Below the pieces are notes generated by a model. It was not told where the DNA came from. It saw nothing but the letters and a program-made list of their open reading frames with translations, and did not search any database. A stretch of 63,803 nucleotides of DNA, the filler included, from Octopus bimaculoides (taxonomy: Eukaryota), in the NCBI RefSeq assembly GCF_001194135.2. It is 4 parts of 3 records of this genome, joined end to end, with 100 filler letters (N's around TTAATTAATTAA, not from the genome) between each part and the next. Parts side by side here need not be neighbours in the genome. Positions count along the whole stretch, not along the records: positions 38,429 to 56,056 come from NC_068987.1; positions 56,157 to 63,803 come from NC_068993.1; 2 more parts are not named here. One strand, given 5' to 3'. This document shows, piece after piece, positions 51,314 through 63,803 of the stretch. The stretch's first letter is position 1, and each line of letters opens with the position of its first letter. The translations under genes and the position numbers were made by a program.

Positions 51314-52465
51314 CGAAGCAACGTTGTAGTAACACTTTGTCATATCATGTCAAGTTCTGAGATCAAATCATATCATCTCCACAGGGTCCATAATTTAAAG
51401 TAGCCGTCAAGGGCTATTTACTGATGGAGTTAGTGTCTAAGTGAAAGGGTATACAATTGACAAGTTGATCCATAAAGTAGTCCTTAGGTTGTGTATGGAT
51501 GACACGGTATGTGAGAACCCTGGAGTTTGTATATACATACACAAACCATTCCAAAGTTCACCACATTAGTTTCATCAAAACAATTACACAAGACATGGCT
51601 TGATAGAAGTCATCAGACCAGCTGGCAAACATGACATCCAATGTTATAAGACTCAGGAGCTCCATGATATGAAGCGAATTTCTAAAACACTCGGACATGG
51701 TAATGCAGAAATAAATACAAATGTATATAAAAACATGCATACTCTTATGCAAATATACGCATTTATATACTTCCGTCTGTACATATATATAAATTTACCT
51801 ACAGACGTTTGTATTTACATACGCATATACATGCACATATATTTTACAGGTACGGCTGGTATTGAAAAATAATCGTTTAGTCAACTGGCTTTTGGAGATC
51901 ATAGAGGCTTAGATAATTTACATAAGGTGGAGCAGAGTAGTATTTATACTACCGGCCGGGGGGGGGGGGTTCTGTGTTGTTTTTCCCGCATTTAATAACA
52001 GATGCTTTGCCCCATTGTGAATGCAGACACCGAAACACACTGTGTACATTTGTAAATACTCCAACAATGTTTAATACATTTTTTTAATGTCGATATTGGT
52101 TTGAACTTTGTACAAAGTTTTGAACTTTCTCTGACATGATTCACCCATCCCATGACATCAAAGTTTCTTACTCCACTTGCAGGTCATGAATACTTGTTCT
52201 AGTGCCCTTCCTAAATCCATTATCTTGTTCCGATGTCCTTCCTAAATCAATACTCAATCAGGCTATAAGACACCAAATTCCAAATCCCACCAGATGCATC
52301 CACGTCCCTCACATGAATCCCTGTTTTCTCTATGTGTTCTCCTCTACATCTCCTCCAGCCTTTAAATTTCCTCTCATTTTCTTTCATCTAATCAGCTCAC
52401 TCCACTCAGCCTTTTGATGATGGCGTTAACACCCAAATATTGGTGCATGCTTCTTTTTATGATAA

Positions 52466-52628
52466 GGCGCAGGATTGGCTATGTGGTAAGTAGCTTGCTT
52501 ACCAACCACATAGTTCCGGGTTTAGTCCCATTGCCTGACACCTTGGACAAGTGTCTTCTACTATAGCCTCGGGCAGACCAAATCGTTGTGAGTGGATCTG
52601 GTAGATGGAAACTGAAAAGAGCCCGTCG

Positions 52629-52714
<86 letters not shown>

Positions 52715-52900
52715 TGTGTCGGTGTTTGTCCTCCCACCATCGCTTGACAATCCATGTTGATGTGTTTACGTTCCCGTAACTTAGCTTTTCGGCAAAAATG
52801 ATGATAGAATAAGTATCAGGATTTCAAAGAATAAGTCCTGGGGGTCGATTTGTTCGACTAAAGGCGGTGCCCCAGCATGGCCGCAGTCAAATGACTGGAA
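52466..52900 (+). mobile_element. Full-length SINE family A with internal (TA)n(TG)n tract
   Basis: Head GGCGCAGGATTGGCTATGTGGTAAG..GTTCCGGGTTTAGTCCC, body to AAGAGCCCGTCG at about 52628, microsatellite 52630-52720, then the conserved 3' half. Confidence 0.9.
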
Positions 52901-53929
52901 AAAAAAAGAATATACAATATAAGAAAAGACCTGTTCATCGAACAACAAAAATGAATTCTCTGAACCGACAAACATATTTACTCATTTGTCGTCCGTGTAG
53001 TAGTTGTAAACAAACTGTGTGTCATACACATAATCTAACAAATACAAACACAGTCACACACACACACACACACGCACAGACGTGTGTGTGTGTGTGTAAT
53101 TGCATCTGTGTCTGTGTGTCTTTGTGTGTGAACGCAAGCGTGTGTAACTGTGCCTGAATGCATGTGTATGTTTGTATCTGCTTTTTTTTTTTTTTTTTTA
53201 CTAATTAAACGGATTGAAACCGCTGCACTGAAATAAGATATTTCCTCCTTGAAACTGTAGAAAATTAGCTATTAGATTAAAAGTAATCAATAAAAAACGT
53301 ACTAGTCTAAAATTGTTAGTATGATCGATGTGACTGGCTGAATTCTCTTAAAGGATGCTTAACAGTATTGCTAGAGTCCCATGACAGAAAGTAGGAAATC
53401 TTTAAAGAATAAATAATTACGAAAACCGGTAAAAAAAATAATAAATATTAGTTTTTATTCTTTAAACTGTTAATCTAATAATCTATATATGACCTTAGAG
53501 TATGATTACTTCATTAAAATATTATTTGTTTTAATGATGGTCATTTATTATATGAAACACGAGAATAATTTTCAATATTAATGCCAAGAATTATTAAATA
53601 CATTCAATGTTTAATTTCCAAATAAATAATAAAATTTAAACGCAAACTGAATATTTTTAGAAACACAGAAGGTAGCTATAGATCGGCGTAGTTAGTCGTC
53701 GAATATTCTACAAAGATAATATTTGGAATTGAAAATGTAGGCTTGTATTATCATTATTGATGTTTCGGAAGAGTCAAACAATTTAATATTCAAAACACTG
53801 TTGTTGGATTCTAACTTTGAATTTTTCATGATACTTCATATTTGTATTTTGGTTTGCAATATACTTGATGTAAATTCGTGTGTTGAGAGAAATCTTGTTG
53901 CGGGTTAGGATGGTAATTGCGTAAGCAAT

Positions 53930-54148
53930 AATCCTTTCTACTAATAAGCACAAGGCCTGAAATTTGCGCTAGGCAGGATAGTTGATTACATCGACCCCAG
54001 TACTCAACTGGTACTTATTTTATTGACACTGAAAGGATGAAAGGCAAAGATGGCCTCGGTGGAATTTGATGTCAGAATGTAGGGACGGACGAAATGTAGC
54101 TAAGCATTTCACCCGGCGCGCCAACGATTCTGCCAGCGCACCACCTAA
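53930..54148 (-). mobile_element. SINE family C, near full length
   Basis: ATCCTTTCTACTAATAAGCACAAGGCCTGAAATTT..GATTACATCGACCCCAGTACTCAACTGGTACTTATTTTATTGAC..TAAGCATTTCACCCGGCGCGCCAACGATTCTGCCAGCGCACCACC. Confidence 0.88.
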
Positions 54149-55149
54149 TTGTGCTAGCAATAATAACACACGCGCTGGTCCAATATCCCGTCTTTATTGT
54201 TAGTCAGAACAGACCTTGAAGAGAGGGCTAGTCAATGAAATGGTTGCGGATAATGACGAAAGGAATTTGGCTAACAAAGAACCGATTGATTGTTTAACTA
54301 GAACATAAAAAAAAACGATTACTTAGCTGGTTAGATATTTAATCAAGTGACTAACAATAAAGAAGTGATATCGAACCAGCGCATGTGTTATTATTATTTC
54401 TGTAATGGCCAACGCAAGAAACAGTAAGTTTTTAATGATTGTTTGAATTAAGATATAAAATGCAGCACAGGGGAAAAGGTACACAGCACCACACGGATGC
54501 CGTTTGCTTTATTAAAATGAGTGTGGACTTTTGAAAATAAAAAATAAATAAATAAATACAGATTTGATGGTATGAGACAATTTGGACTTCAGACTCGATA
54601 TTCATCCTGTTTTGGTGAGAATACCTTTTAGCGATGGAGGTACGTACCTACGCATGGGGAAACAGACGTATGCAGAAATATGTACATACATCTAGATAGT
54701 GAGGAAGGGAGAGTGAGAGAGAAAGAAAGAGACAGACAAAGAAAGAGAGACAAAGGGAGACAGAAAGAGGGGCGGACAGAGAGACAAACAAATAGAAGCA
54801 GAGAGACATGAAAATGTTTGATATCAAATATGTCATCATTGGAACAGCGACGGCAAATAGATCGAAACGGCTGCGAAAAGAACTCATAGTCTAGAAGAAT
54901 ATGTTAGTGTATATTGTATACAGAAAAGTTTTACATGGTTGATAGTGTAGTGAAAATCATTTGGTCGTTAGACTGCTGCCATGCCAAGAGCATTATGAAG
55001 CCGTGGTGGGTACAAACGCAGACAGAAGCACACACACACGCACGCGCGCAAAAGCAATCATACACACACACAACACAACACATACATCCATCACAACATA
55101 GCAGACACGTATATACATTCACTCACGCACACACACATATATATGCGAC

Positions 55150-55305
55150 GCGCTTCTTTCAGTTTCCATCTAAGAAATCCACTCACTAGTCTTTAGTCGA
55201 CTTGAGGCTATAGTAGAAGTCATTTGCCCAATATGCCATGCAGAGGGACTGAACCCAGAACCATGTGGCTGAGAACTAAATCTGTTACCACACAAGCACA
55301 CCTGA
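55150..55305 (-). mobile_element. SINE family A, 5' half
   Basis: CTTCTTTCAGTTTCCATCTAAGAAATCCACTCAC..GAGGCTATAGTAGAAG.CATTTGCCCAA..GGGACTGAACCCAGAACCATGTGG. Confidence 0.8.
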
Positions 55306-56159
55306 GCCTATGACATTAGAATCACCACAATGATCATGGTGGTGAGTCCGGTATCACCTAATCAATTGGCAATACATCAACTGGTTATGGCAACATTGAT
55401 CGTGGATCAACATCGATAAAAAGAACTACTACCTCAGCCGGCAGACTCGGCTCAACCGAACACACACGTTATTCCCATTCAAATCAGCCATACCGTGTCT
55501 GTTCAAAAATGACCGCACTAATAACCTACTGTGTTTATTCCTCCAGAGATTAACCATCACTGAGGTTTCTCAGATTGACCAAACTTTAAGAGAAGGACCC
55601 TCTTAAACAAGAATATTGCATGCCACTGCTGTACCTGTCATATAACACCTGTGCGTATAGGTAATCCAAGGAAAATACAATATTTATTTAATAAAGTATT
55701 TCCAGTGCATTAGAGAAAAATAAATAAGCCTGGAAACGAATTGATATTTCCCAAACATTATTGCATTAGGTGAAGTGGACATCGCTTCAATGATGTATTA
55801 GAAATCCATTTCAGTACATCTGTCTGTAAGACCGCTCACTGTTCAGGGATTAGAAGAATAATAGGAAATATTCCAAAAGTAATTTCTTTTGTAAATTGAA
55901 TATATAAATGTATGTATGAATGAATGTATGTATGTATATATGTATGTAAGTGTATGTATATATATATCGCAGTAAAATTACTACCAAGTAAAAGAAGAGA
56001 ATATATATATATATATGTATATATATAAATGTATATATATATATATATATATATATNNNNNNNNNNNNNNNNNNNNNNNNNNNNNNNNNNNNNNNNNNNN
56101 TTAATTAATTAANNNNNNNNNNNNNNNNNNNNNNNNNNNNNNNNNNNNNNNNNNNNAAA

Positions 56160-56340
56160 GATATAGAGGGAGCAAGTCAATTACATCGACACCAGCGCTT
56201 GACTGGTACTTATTTCATAGATTCTGAAAGAACGAAGGGCAAAGTCGACCTCGGCGGAATTTGAACTCAGAACGCAAAGCCGGGAGAAACACCGCTCAGC
56301 TAAATGTCTGGCATGCTATTCCTCTGCTTGCTCGCCGCCC
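56160..56340 (-). mobile_element. SINE family C
   Basis: ATTACATCGACACCAGCGCTTGACTGGTACTTATTT..GGCAAAGTCGACCTCGGCGGAATTTGAACTCAGAACG. Confidence 0.85.
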
Positions 56341-57343
56341 GTACATTCGATAAATTGATGTCATCACTGTAATTTCGGGAGCAGTGAGTTGGACAGCAAT
56401 CCGCGAAGAAAACCACGTGAAGCATTTGAATCCGATGGCTCCATGGGGAACCTCGATAAGAATAAAATCAGAAATGCGAGCTATTCACAAAATTCCAGTG
56501 GTAACAATATGAGATTTTCTTAAGTAGAAACGGAGGTTCGGTTTCGATTTGCAACTGCAGAAACCTCATTGTTAACAGCAATAACAAAGGCATAAATGGT
56601 CCAAAATTCCTATCTTATCATTGTCCATAAGATTGCAAAGGCCTTCTTGTTGCTATGTAATAAATCAATATTGAAATAATAGTGGCGTTTGTAAATCTAA
56701 CGAAAAATCAATACCATATTACTACAATCGTTTCAAAAATGAAGGCTCCGAGTCAATATTGTAATAATACAAATGTTAAGAAGTAATTGGTAGTGGTGAA
56801 TATTGTCGGGTACCGTATTGTATGTGGTGGTAGTGATGGTAGTGTCAGCGCTAGTGACGACAGTAGTNNNNNNNNNNNNNNNNNNNNNNNNNNNNNNNNN
56901 NNNNNNNNNNNNNNNNNNNNNNNNNNNNNNNNNNNNNNNNNNNNNNNNNNNNNNNNNNNNNNNNNNNNNNNNNNNNNNNNNNNNNNNNNNNNNNNNNNNN
57001 NNNNNNNNNNNNNNNNNNNNNNNNNNNNNNNNNNNNNNNNNNNNNNNNNNNNNNNNNNNNNNNNNNNNNNNNNNNNNNNNNNNNNNNNNNNNNNNNNNNN
57101 NNNNNNNNNNNNNNNNNNNNNNNNNNNNNNNNNNNNNNNNNNNNNNNNNNNNNNNNNNNNNNNNNNNNNNNNNNNNNNNNNNNNNNNNNNNNNNNNNNNN
57201 NNNNNNNNNNNNNNNNNNNNNNNNNNNNNNNNNNNNNNNNNNNNNNNNNNNNNNNNNNNNNNNNNNNNNNNNNNNNNNNNNNNNNNNNNNNNNNNNNNNN
57301 NNNNNNNNNNNNNNNNNNNNNNNNNNNNNNNNNNNNNNNNNNN

Positions 57344-57382
<39 letters not shown>

Positions 57383-58104
57383 AGGAAAGAGAGAGAGAGA
57401 AAGAAGAAAAAGAGAAAAAAGTGAGAACAAAAGAAAGAAAAATAACTATAACAACAAAAGCCATATAATAGAGTAATAACAGCATCGAGAAGTAACGATT
57501 ACAATAATAGGGACTATAAAATAAATAGATATACAAATAAAAAAATAAGGTGATTCTCAGAAAGATAAATGGTGCTTAACACCAAGCCATGGAATTCGTA
57601 AATACTGAATTAGAAGAATACAATAAAAAGAAAGAGAAAAAAAAAATGAAAAGAAGATATTTCCCGCCATCGCCACTACCGCCAATAAAAACAACAAAAA
57701 CAAAGCGTAAAGAGATGTAATAAAAGCGAAACGTTGAAATAGTTTCTACATTATGATTTTAAAGCCGAATATAGTTTGCCAAACAGTTGGATATCAAGAA
57801 TATTCTATTCACTTGTATTACACTGCTAATGCCTAAAGAGTAACAGCTGTTACCAGGATCAACACATACATACGTACATACATACATACATACATACGCA
57901 CTCATATATATTAAACACACGCATGCACGCACGCACATATGGGAGTGTGTGTGTGGTGTTTTGTACGATTATTTGTATTGTCCAGCCATGAAATGTGTCT
58001 TAATGTATAACTTCAAGATGGCGAGGAGTGAGGCGGCGAAGTGTATTAAGAGGGGCGAAACAGAAACAAATCTCAAGATCTCATTTCTTCAGATGAAATA
58101 AATT

Positions 58105-58144
<40 letters not shown>

Positions 58145-58418
58145 ATGTACATATGTATATATATCTATGTATGTATGTGTGTATGTTTATATGTATATAC
58201 ATATAAAACGAATAGTCAATAACGTGTCCATTATCTTATATTATTCCATGTCTTAATCATCGTCAAAAAGACATTGAATATTCCGTTATGATGTTTATCA
58301 TCCTGTTTTATTGTTGTATATACGTATGTAGTATATTTAGGTTATGCGTATATGAATATATACATATATGTGAATATATATATATATGGATATATATATG
58401 TGTGTATGTGTGCGTGTG

Positions 58419-58471
<53 letters not shown>

Positions 58472-58694
58472 GTATGCACACACGTGCATATATATGTATA
58501 TGCACATAAGTACACACACACACACACACACGCACACACGTATGTATATATACGCTAAATGGTGTTCTTTTTCTTTCAGCATTTCCTCTTTCCTTTTCTT
58601 CTTTCCATTCAATTCCCAAAAGATAACTTATTTTATATCTCCAGGTACGATTAGCGCAGTTATTAAGAAATACACACACAAACACACACACACA

Positions 58695-58784
<90 letters not shown>

Positions 58785-59204
58785 TGCACATATACACTCA
58801 TACACACGTTCATATCAGATCTCTTATGGTAGGCAATTAATATATATGTATCTGTGTGTGTGTGCATGGATGCGTGTAGAGCGATAGATAGAAATTTGTA
58901 TTTATTTTATATATATGTGTTTTTCGCTCTTTTATCTAACAGTTTCGGGTTAAAACTGCCCCCCACCCCAAAGAAAAGAACGAAAAAAACATGCGGCAAT
59001 AAAAAGCAAATTATCGCTGTGTCCAGATAGTTAGCCACCATTCATCTTCATTGCAGTCAGAACAACGAATTCACTTAGCGCCACATTGTTTGTATATGAA
59101 CCAATAACCAATAGCCAATAGAAAATATCACAAGGTCTAGATTTAGAATTCAAATATGAATTAAGCTTATAGATATATATAGTCCACTGTAACTACAATA
59201 ATAT

Positions 59205-59405
59205 TGGTTTCAATTTTTGGCACAATACCAGCAAATTCGGGGAAGTGTTAAGTCGATTACATCGACTTTAGTACTCAACTGGTACTTATTTTATCGACTG
59301 CGAAAGGATAAAAGGCAAAGTCACCCTAGGTGGAATTTGAACTCAGGACGAAATGCCGATAAGCATTTTGTATGGCGTACTAATGATTCTGGTAACTCGC
59401 CACCT
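59205..59405 (-). mobile_element. SINE family C
   Basis: GTCGATTACATCGACTTTAGTACTCAACTGGTACTTATTTTATCGAC..GGCAAAGTCACC..GAATTTGAACTCAG..AAGCATTTT. Confidence 0.85.
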
Positions 59406-59502
59406 TACAACAACAAATGATTTTAAGCTATCCTTCACATTGATGATTAATAAAGATGAAAGGGTCGAAAAATTCTTTTCATAAATACAACAGAGAATAT
59501 TA

Positions 59503-59707
59503 GGGTACTGAAAAGTTCCTGGCTTTAAGGGTGTCGCGAAAGGCCTGGCTGGAGGTCCAACATTCCACGTTCTGTTACAGGGCTTAGAAAAATTGAAGGA
59601 CCGCTGCAATAAGTGTGTGAACCTGAAAGTGGAATGGTGAATGAAATCATAATTAACTGACGTTCCTCACTTTTCTTTTACTCAAAGCCAGGAACTTTTC
59701 AGCACCC
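59503..59707. mobile_element. Mariner-derived MITE
   Basis: TIRs GGGTACTGAAAAGTTCCTGGCTTT and AAAGCCAGGAACTTTTCAGCACCC (23 of 24 positions match); the interior keeps a remnant of the transposase end (GLEKLKDRCNKCV). Confidence 0.85.
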
Positions 59708-60349
59708 ACGAGTATGCATGTGTAAATATATGTATATATGTATGTGTATGTGTCTGTTTGTGTGTGTGTGTGTGTGTGTGTGTNNNNNNNNNNNNNNNNN
59801 NNNNNNNNNNNNNNNNNNNNNNNNNNNNNNNNNNNNNNNNNNNNNNNNNNNNNNNNNNNNNNNNNNNNNNNNNNNNNNNNNNNNNNNNNNNNNNNNNNNN
59901 NNNNNNNNNNNNNNNNNNNNNNNNNNNNNNNNNNNNNNNNNNNNNNNNNNNNNNNNNNNNNNNNNNNNNNNNNNNNNNNNNNNNNNNNNNNNNNNNNNNN
60001 NNNNNNNNNNNNNNNNNNNNNNNNNNNNNNNNNNNNNNNNNNNNNNNNNNNNNNNNNNNNNNNNNNNNNNNNNNNNNNNNNNNNNNNNNNNNNNNNNNNN
60101 NNNNNNNNNNNNNNNNNNNNNNNNNNNNNNNNNNNNNNNNNNNNNNNNNNNNNNNNNNNNNNNNNNNNNNNNNNNNNNNNNNNNNNNNNNNNNNNNNNNN
60201 NNNNNNNNNNNNNNNNNNNNNNNNNNNNNNNNNNNNNNNNNNNNNNNNNNNNNNNNNNNNNNNNNNNNNNNNNNNNNNNNNNNNNNNNNNNNNNNNATAT
60301 ATATATATATATATGTATGTATGTATGTATGTATATGTATATGTTTGTG

Positions 60350-60490
60350 TCTATGTTTGTCCCCCCGACATCACTTGACCACCCATGCCTGTGTGTCTAA
60401 GTCCTGGGGTCGATTTGCTCGACTAAAGATGGTGCTCCAGCAGAGCCGCAATCAAATGACTGAAACAAATAACAGAAAAAAGAATAAAAG
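60350..60490 (+). mobile_element. SINE family A, 3' half with internal deletion
   Basis: TTTGTCCCCCCGACATCACTTGAC..TAAGTCCTGGGGTCGATTTGCTCGACTAAAG..GGTGCTCCAGCA..CAAATGACTGAAACAA. Confidence 0.8.
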
Positions 60491-61389
60491 AATAGATCCC
60501 ACTATGAATGAAAAGGTAAAACTGCAAAGAGGTTCGTCAAGATTTTCTGATTCTAAATAGCTTTTGACCGTTTAGTGGCGATGAGACTTCTCTACGCGGT
60601 AGAACACGTCTTCTGCACAACAAATGTTAGTTTCCTCCTTACCAAGTAAAGCTTCTCACCAGTTTCAATGAATCTTCTCGGTGAAAAACATTTGAATGTT
60701 ACTCTACACGTTCAGTGTGGCGGACTTGGCGCTGGATTAGCCATTAAGCAAAATATGCACTTGCTTAGGGCATGAAAGGAAGGGAGACACCACAAAAATG
60801 GTAAATGATTTACGGCACAAAATATCACTTTACTTGCTAAAATAATATTCGAAGTTGAGTTGTTTATATGATCGGAAGAATAATTTCGAAGTGTCCACGG
60901 TGTCATTGTGAGGATGTACTCAAAGACTTTTTAATTGAAAAAAGAAATAGAAAACTTATCATATATAAATAGAGTGAATTTATAGAAAAATAAACATTAT
61001 TTTCCATCTTATTGATAGTTTTGTTTTATTTTAAAGAATAAAAATTTAGTCCATTGTTTATTATTGTTTATATTTTGAAATACGTATCATATGGGGCATG
61101 AAAATATTTTAAGGGCTTATGGCCTCTGTGGGTCTTATTCCGGCCCTAGGTAGGCTAAAATGTTGATGTTCGTTTCTCTATTTCATCCTTTTTTTTCTTC
61201 TCTTTCTGTATACAAGGTCTATGTGCAAGTTTGAAAAAAATTCAGCTTCACTCGAATTCTCTAAGTATGTAATTGTTATCCATGACAGGCTGCAGTAGCA
61301 GTTAGTTACAACGATAAAGAAATGAGCGTTTGCAGACGATAGAAAAAATAAGGAATAAATAATTACTTTTAGACTTATCGGTAGAAGAA

Positions 61390-61495
61390 TACAAGAAAAG
61401 GAGGACATCTATGGAGCACTGATAAAGTGTTTACAAATCCAGAGCCCAAAATACACTTTCAGCTTCATACCTATTATTATTGGAGCAACAGGAGA
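61390..61495 (+). mobile_element. Possible RLE non-LTR tail fragment
   Basis: KEDIYGALIKCLQIQSPKYTFSFIPIIIGATG resembles the K..Y..L......PIIIGALG end of RLE domains. Confidence 0.4.
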
Positions 61496-61770
61496 TAGAC
61501 CACCACAATGGAGCAAAGTATGGCTGCATTCGGGATCTTGGAGAGAGAATGCAAATCCTTAATTCAATTGTTACTAATGATCACCATATTTGGACTATAT
61601 AAATCTGCAAGACTTTCTTAAGATTTAATGGATGATGGTTGAGAAAAAGATACTTTCCTTCACAACCTTGCTACAAAGTAATAAGGCCGGTCAAAATTTA
61701 CACTAAAATTAAAAAGAGAAAAAGAATACACACACACACATGTATGTATGTATGTATGTATGTATGTATG

Positions 61771-61801
<31 letters not shown>

Positions 61802-62214
61802 TATAGTCTCTCCACCCACATAATATATGTGTGTGTGTGTTTATATATGCGTTTGCAATGACATAAATGTTGATCTTATATACACACATACATAATCTCA
61901 TATTTATACTCAATACTTTGCTAAAAAAAAAAAATAATAATAGTCAATCGTAAATCTGACTCTTTGTCAATAAAAGTAAAATGTGGATTTAAAACCAATA
62001 ATGGCAAAGCTATTGTATTTGATGTTTATTAAAAATAGCCATATTCAGCCCATATCGGCAAATATATCCGCCAGAGTACTGTGTTACTCAACGAAATACG
62101 AATTTGTTAAGCGTATTTTGCTTTATCGTTCAATCCCCACGCAGGAAACATATTTTGCTTCCAAACATATTTTCATTATTTCTTTATCTATCTGTTTATC
62201 TATCTCTCCACTGA

Positions 62215-62650
62215 TTGTGACCTCATTTCCGTCTCCCTCCCACCGCCTCCAACCTCATTATCCATACTCGACGCACCCCACTATTTATTTCCTTCCCAAA
62301 ATCCACAAGCCCGACAACCCTGTAACGGCCCCACGGAAACGATCTCCAAATACCTCGACCGTGTCCTTTTCCCCTAGTGGCTTCCCTCCCCTCCCCTCCC
62401 ACATCCACGACACCAACCATGCTCTCCGTCTGTTCAACTCTTTCTCCTTCCATTCTGGTCCCTCTCAACTTCTGTTCACTCTCGATACCAAAAGTTTATA
62501 TAGGGTGATCCCACGCAACGAAGAACTTCTTGCGCTTAAACATTTTCTAGACTTTAGCCCTGACCCTCAACCTGACACCTCCACACTTCTTCGTCTGGCC
62601 GAACTTGTTCTCTCCATCAACTGCTTCTCGTTCGTGGGGAGTTTTACCAA
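62215..62650 (+). mobile_element. Penelope-like element RT fragment, same family as 19712-20465
   Basis: PTIYFLPKIHKPDNP..LPSHIHDTNHALRLFNSFSF..LLFTLDTKSLYRVIP..PQPDTSTLLRLAELVLSINCFSF; nucleotide identity with 19750-19820. Confidence 0.9.
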
Positions 62651-62904
62651 CTGGTCTCGGAAGTTTTACCAACTGGCCGCATATATGTATATTTTTACCT
62701 TGGTGGCTTTCTGTATTTGTATATCTTATATATTTTATATTTTGATTTATATATTATGAAAGACCTGGTAATATTTATTTATATATGATGTATGATGGAG
62801 GTTTGATACAGTATATAAAGTCGTTAACTCATTTTAATATTTGTTCTATGACCCATTTTTAATATATATATGTGTGTGTGTTTGTATGTGTGTGTATATG
62901 TTTG

Positions 62905-63105
62905 TATGTCTGTGTTTGTCCCCCCAACATCGCTTGACAACCGATGCTGGTGTGTTTACGTCCCCGTAATCTAGCAGTTCGACAAAAGAGGCCGATAGAA
63001 TAAGTACTAGGCTTACAAAGAATAAGTCCTGGGATCAGTTTGCTCGACTAAAGGCGGTGCTCCAGCATGGTCGCAGTCAAATGACTGAAACAAATAAAAG
63101 AATAT
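62905..63105 (+). mobile_element. SINE family A, 3' half
   Basis: Matches 3700-3900 and 52720-52900. Confidence 0.87.
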
Positions 63106-63524
63106 TTATTTGCACTTACTCCTTTCTGTCGAAGAGCGAAGTCTCGAAAACTAAATGAGTGTGAGAGAGAGGTAGAAATAGATAGATGAATAGATAGACA
63201 GATACAGAGATAGAGAGAGAGAGAGAGGGGGGAGGAGAGTGTGTTAATATAGATATATGTGCATATATGTATATGCCACTCATTTGGGCAAGTGACAACG
63301 CGAACCCTAGCGTAATGACAGAACTAGCTAGTTTCAGATTCTAATAAAACATACTTAGTCTATTGAATCTTTCGACTTCCTTTCACTCTCTCAATAAGTG
63401 AAAAATTTTGCACAAAAATATGAAAAATGTATGAGTGCGAGTATGTGCGTGTGTATTGTTCGTCTTCCCATGTTTGCCTGTCCGTATCATTTACCTATTA
63501 TACTGTATACATATATAAATACAT

Positions 63525-63680
63525 ACAAATGGTTGGGTGGTGAGAAGATTGCTTCCCAACCACATACTTCTGGGTTCAGTCTCACTACGTGACACTTTCG
63601 GTAAGAGTCTTCTCCTGTAGCCTCGGGCCGACCAAAGCCTTATAACTGGATTTGGTAAACGGAAAGGGAAAGAGGCCCGT

Positions 63681-63682
<2 letters not shown>
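63525..63682 (+). mobile_element. SINE family A, 5' half running into (TA)n
   Basis: GTGGTGAGAAGATTGCTTCCCAACCAC..GGGTTCAGTCTCACT..AGCCTCGGGCCGACCAAAGCCTT..GGATTTGGTAAACGGAAA..AGAGGCCCGT. Confidence 0.8.
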
Positions 63683-63726
<44 letters not shown>

Positions 63727-63803
63727 AATTAAAATCCAGAAAATGAAGAAGTAGCGTTAATATAATTTATCAACTGCACAAATTCAACATGTTCCCTTAC
63801 AGC

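Noticed and set aside
52200-52400. Minus-strand GFRKG-like words suggesting a LINE RT remnant
   Set aside because: Too degenerate to assign with confidence.

Overview
AT-rich eukaryotic genomic DNA, dense in microsatellites and broken by many N gaps. The SINE, LINE, Penelope and MITE families look like those of an octopus (coleoid cephalopod) draft assembly; this taxon call is pattern recognition, not a database result. The only host-gene sequence I recognise is an uninterrupted ~0.8-kb minus-strand segment (33770-34576) homologous to the C-terminal half of C2orf42. It has a +1 frameshift in a T-run, and its 5' end lies inside a near-perfect ~140-bp hairpin. The rest is repeat-derived: three recurring tRNA-type SINE families, RTE, Tx1/L1, HERO-like and R4/Dong-like non-LTR fragments, two Penelope RT fragments, hammerhead-like motifs in Penelope-type repeats, a deleted mariner and several MITEs or foldback elements. 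A few low-confidence exon candidates of unrecognised genes are reported. Most ORFs in the supplied track are artefacts of microsatellites or N runs. No rRNA, true tRNA or CRISPR array was found. I cannot demonstrate a new multi-gene system. The best leads are the C2orf42/hairpin junction, a shared A6-to-U hammerhead-like variant, and a decayed spliced acidic ORF. Three artificial 100-bp scaffold joins (16541-16640, 38329-38428, 56057-56156) mean linkage across them is not guaranteed. Boundaries of repeat fragments are approximate.
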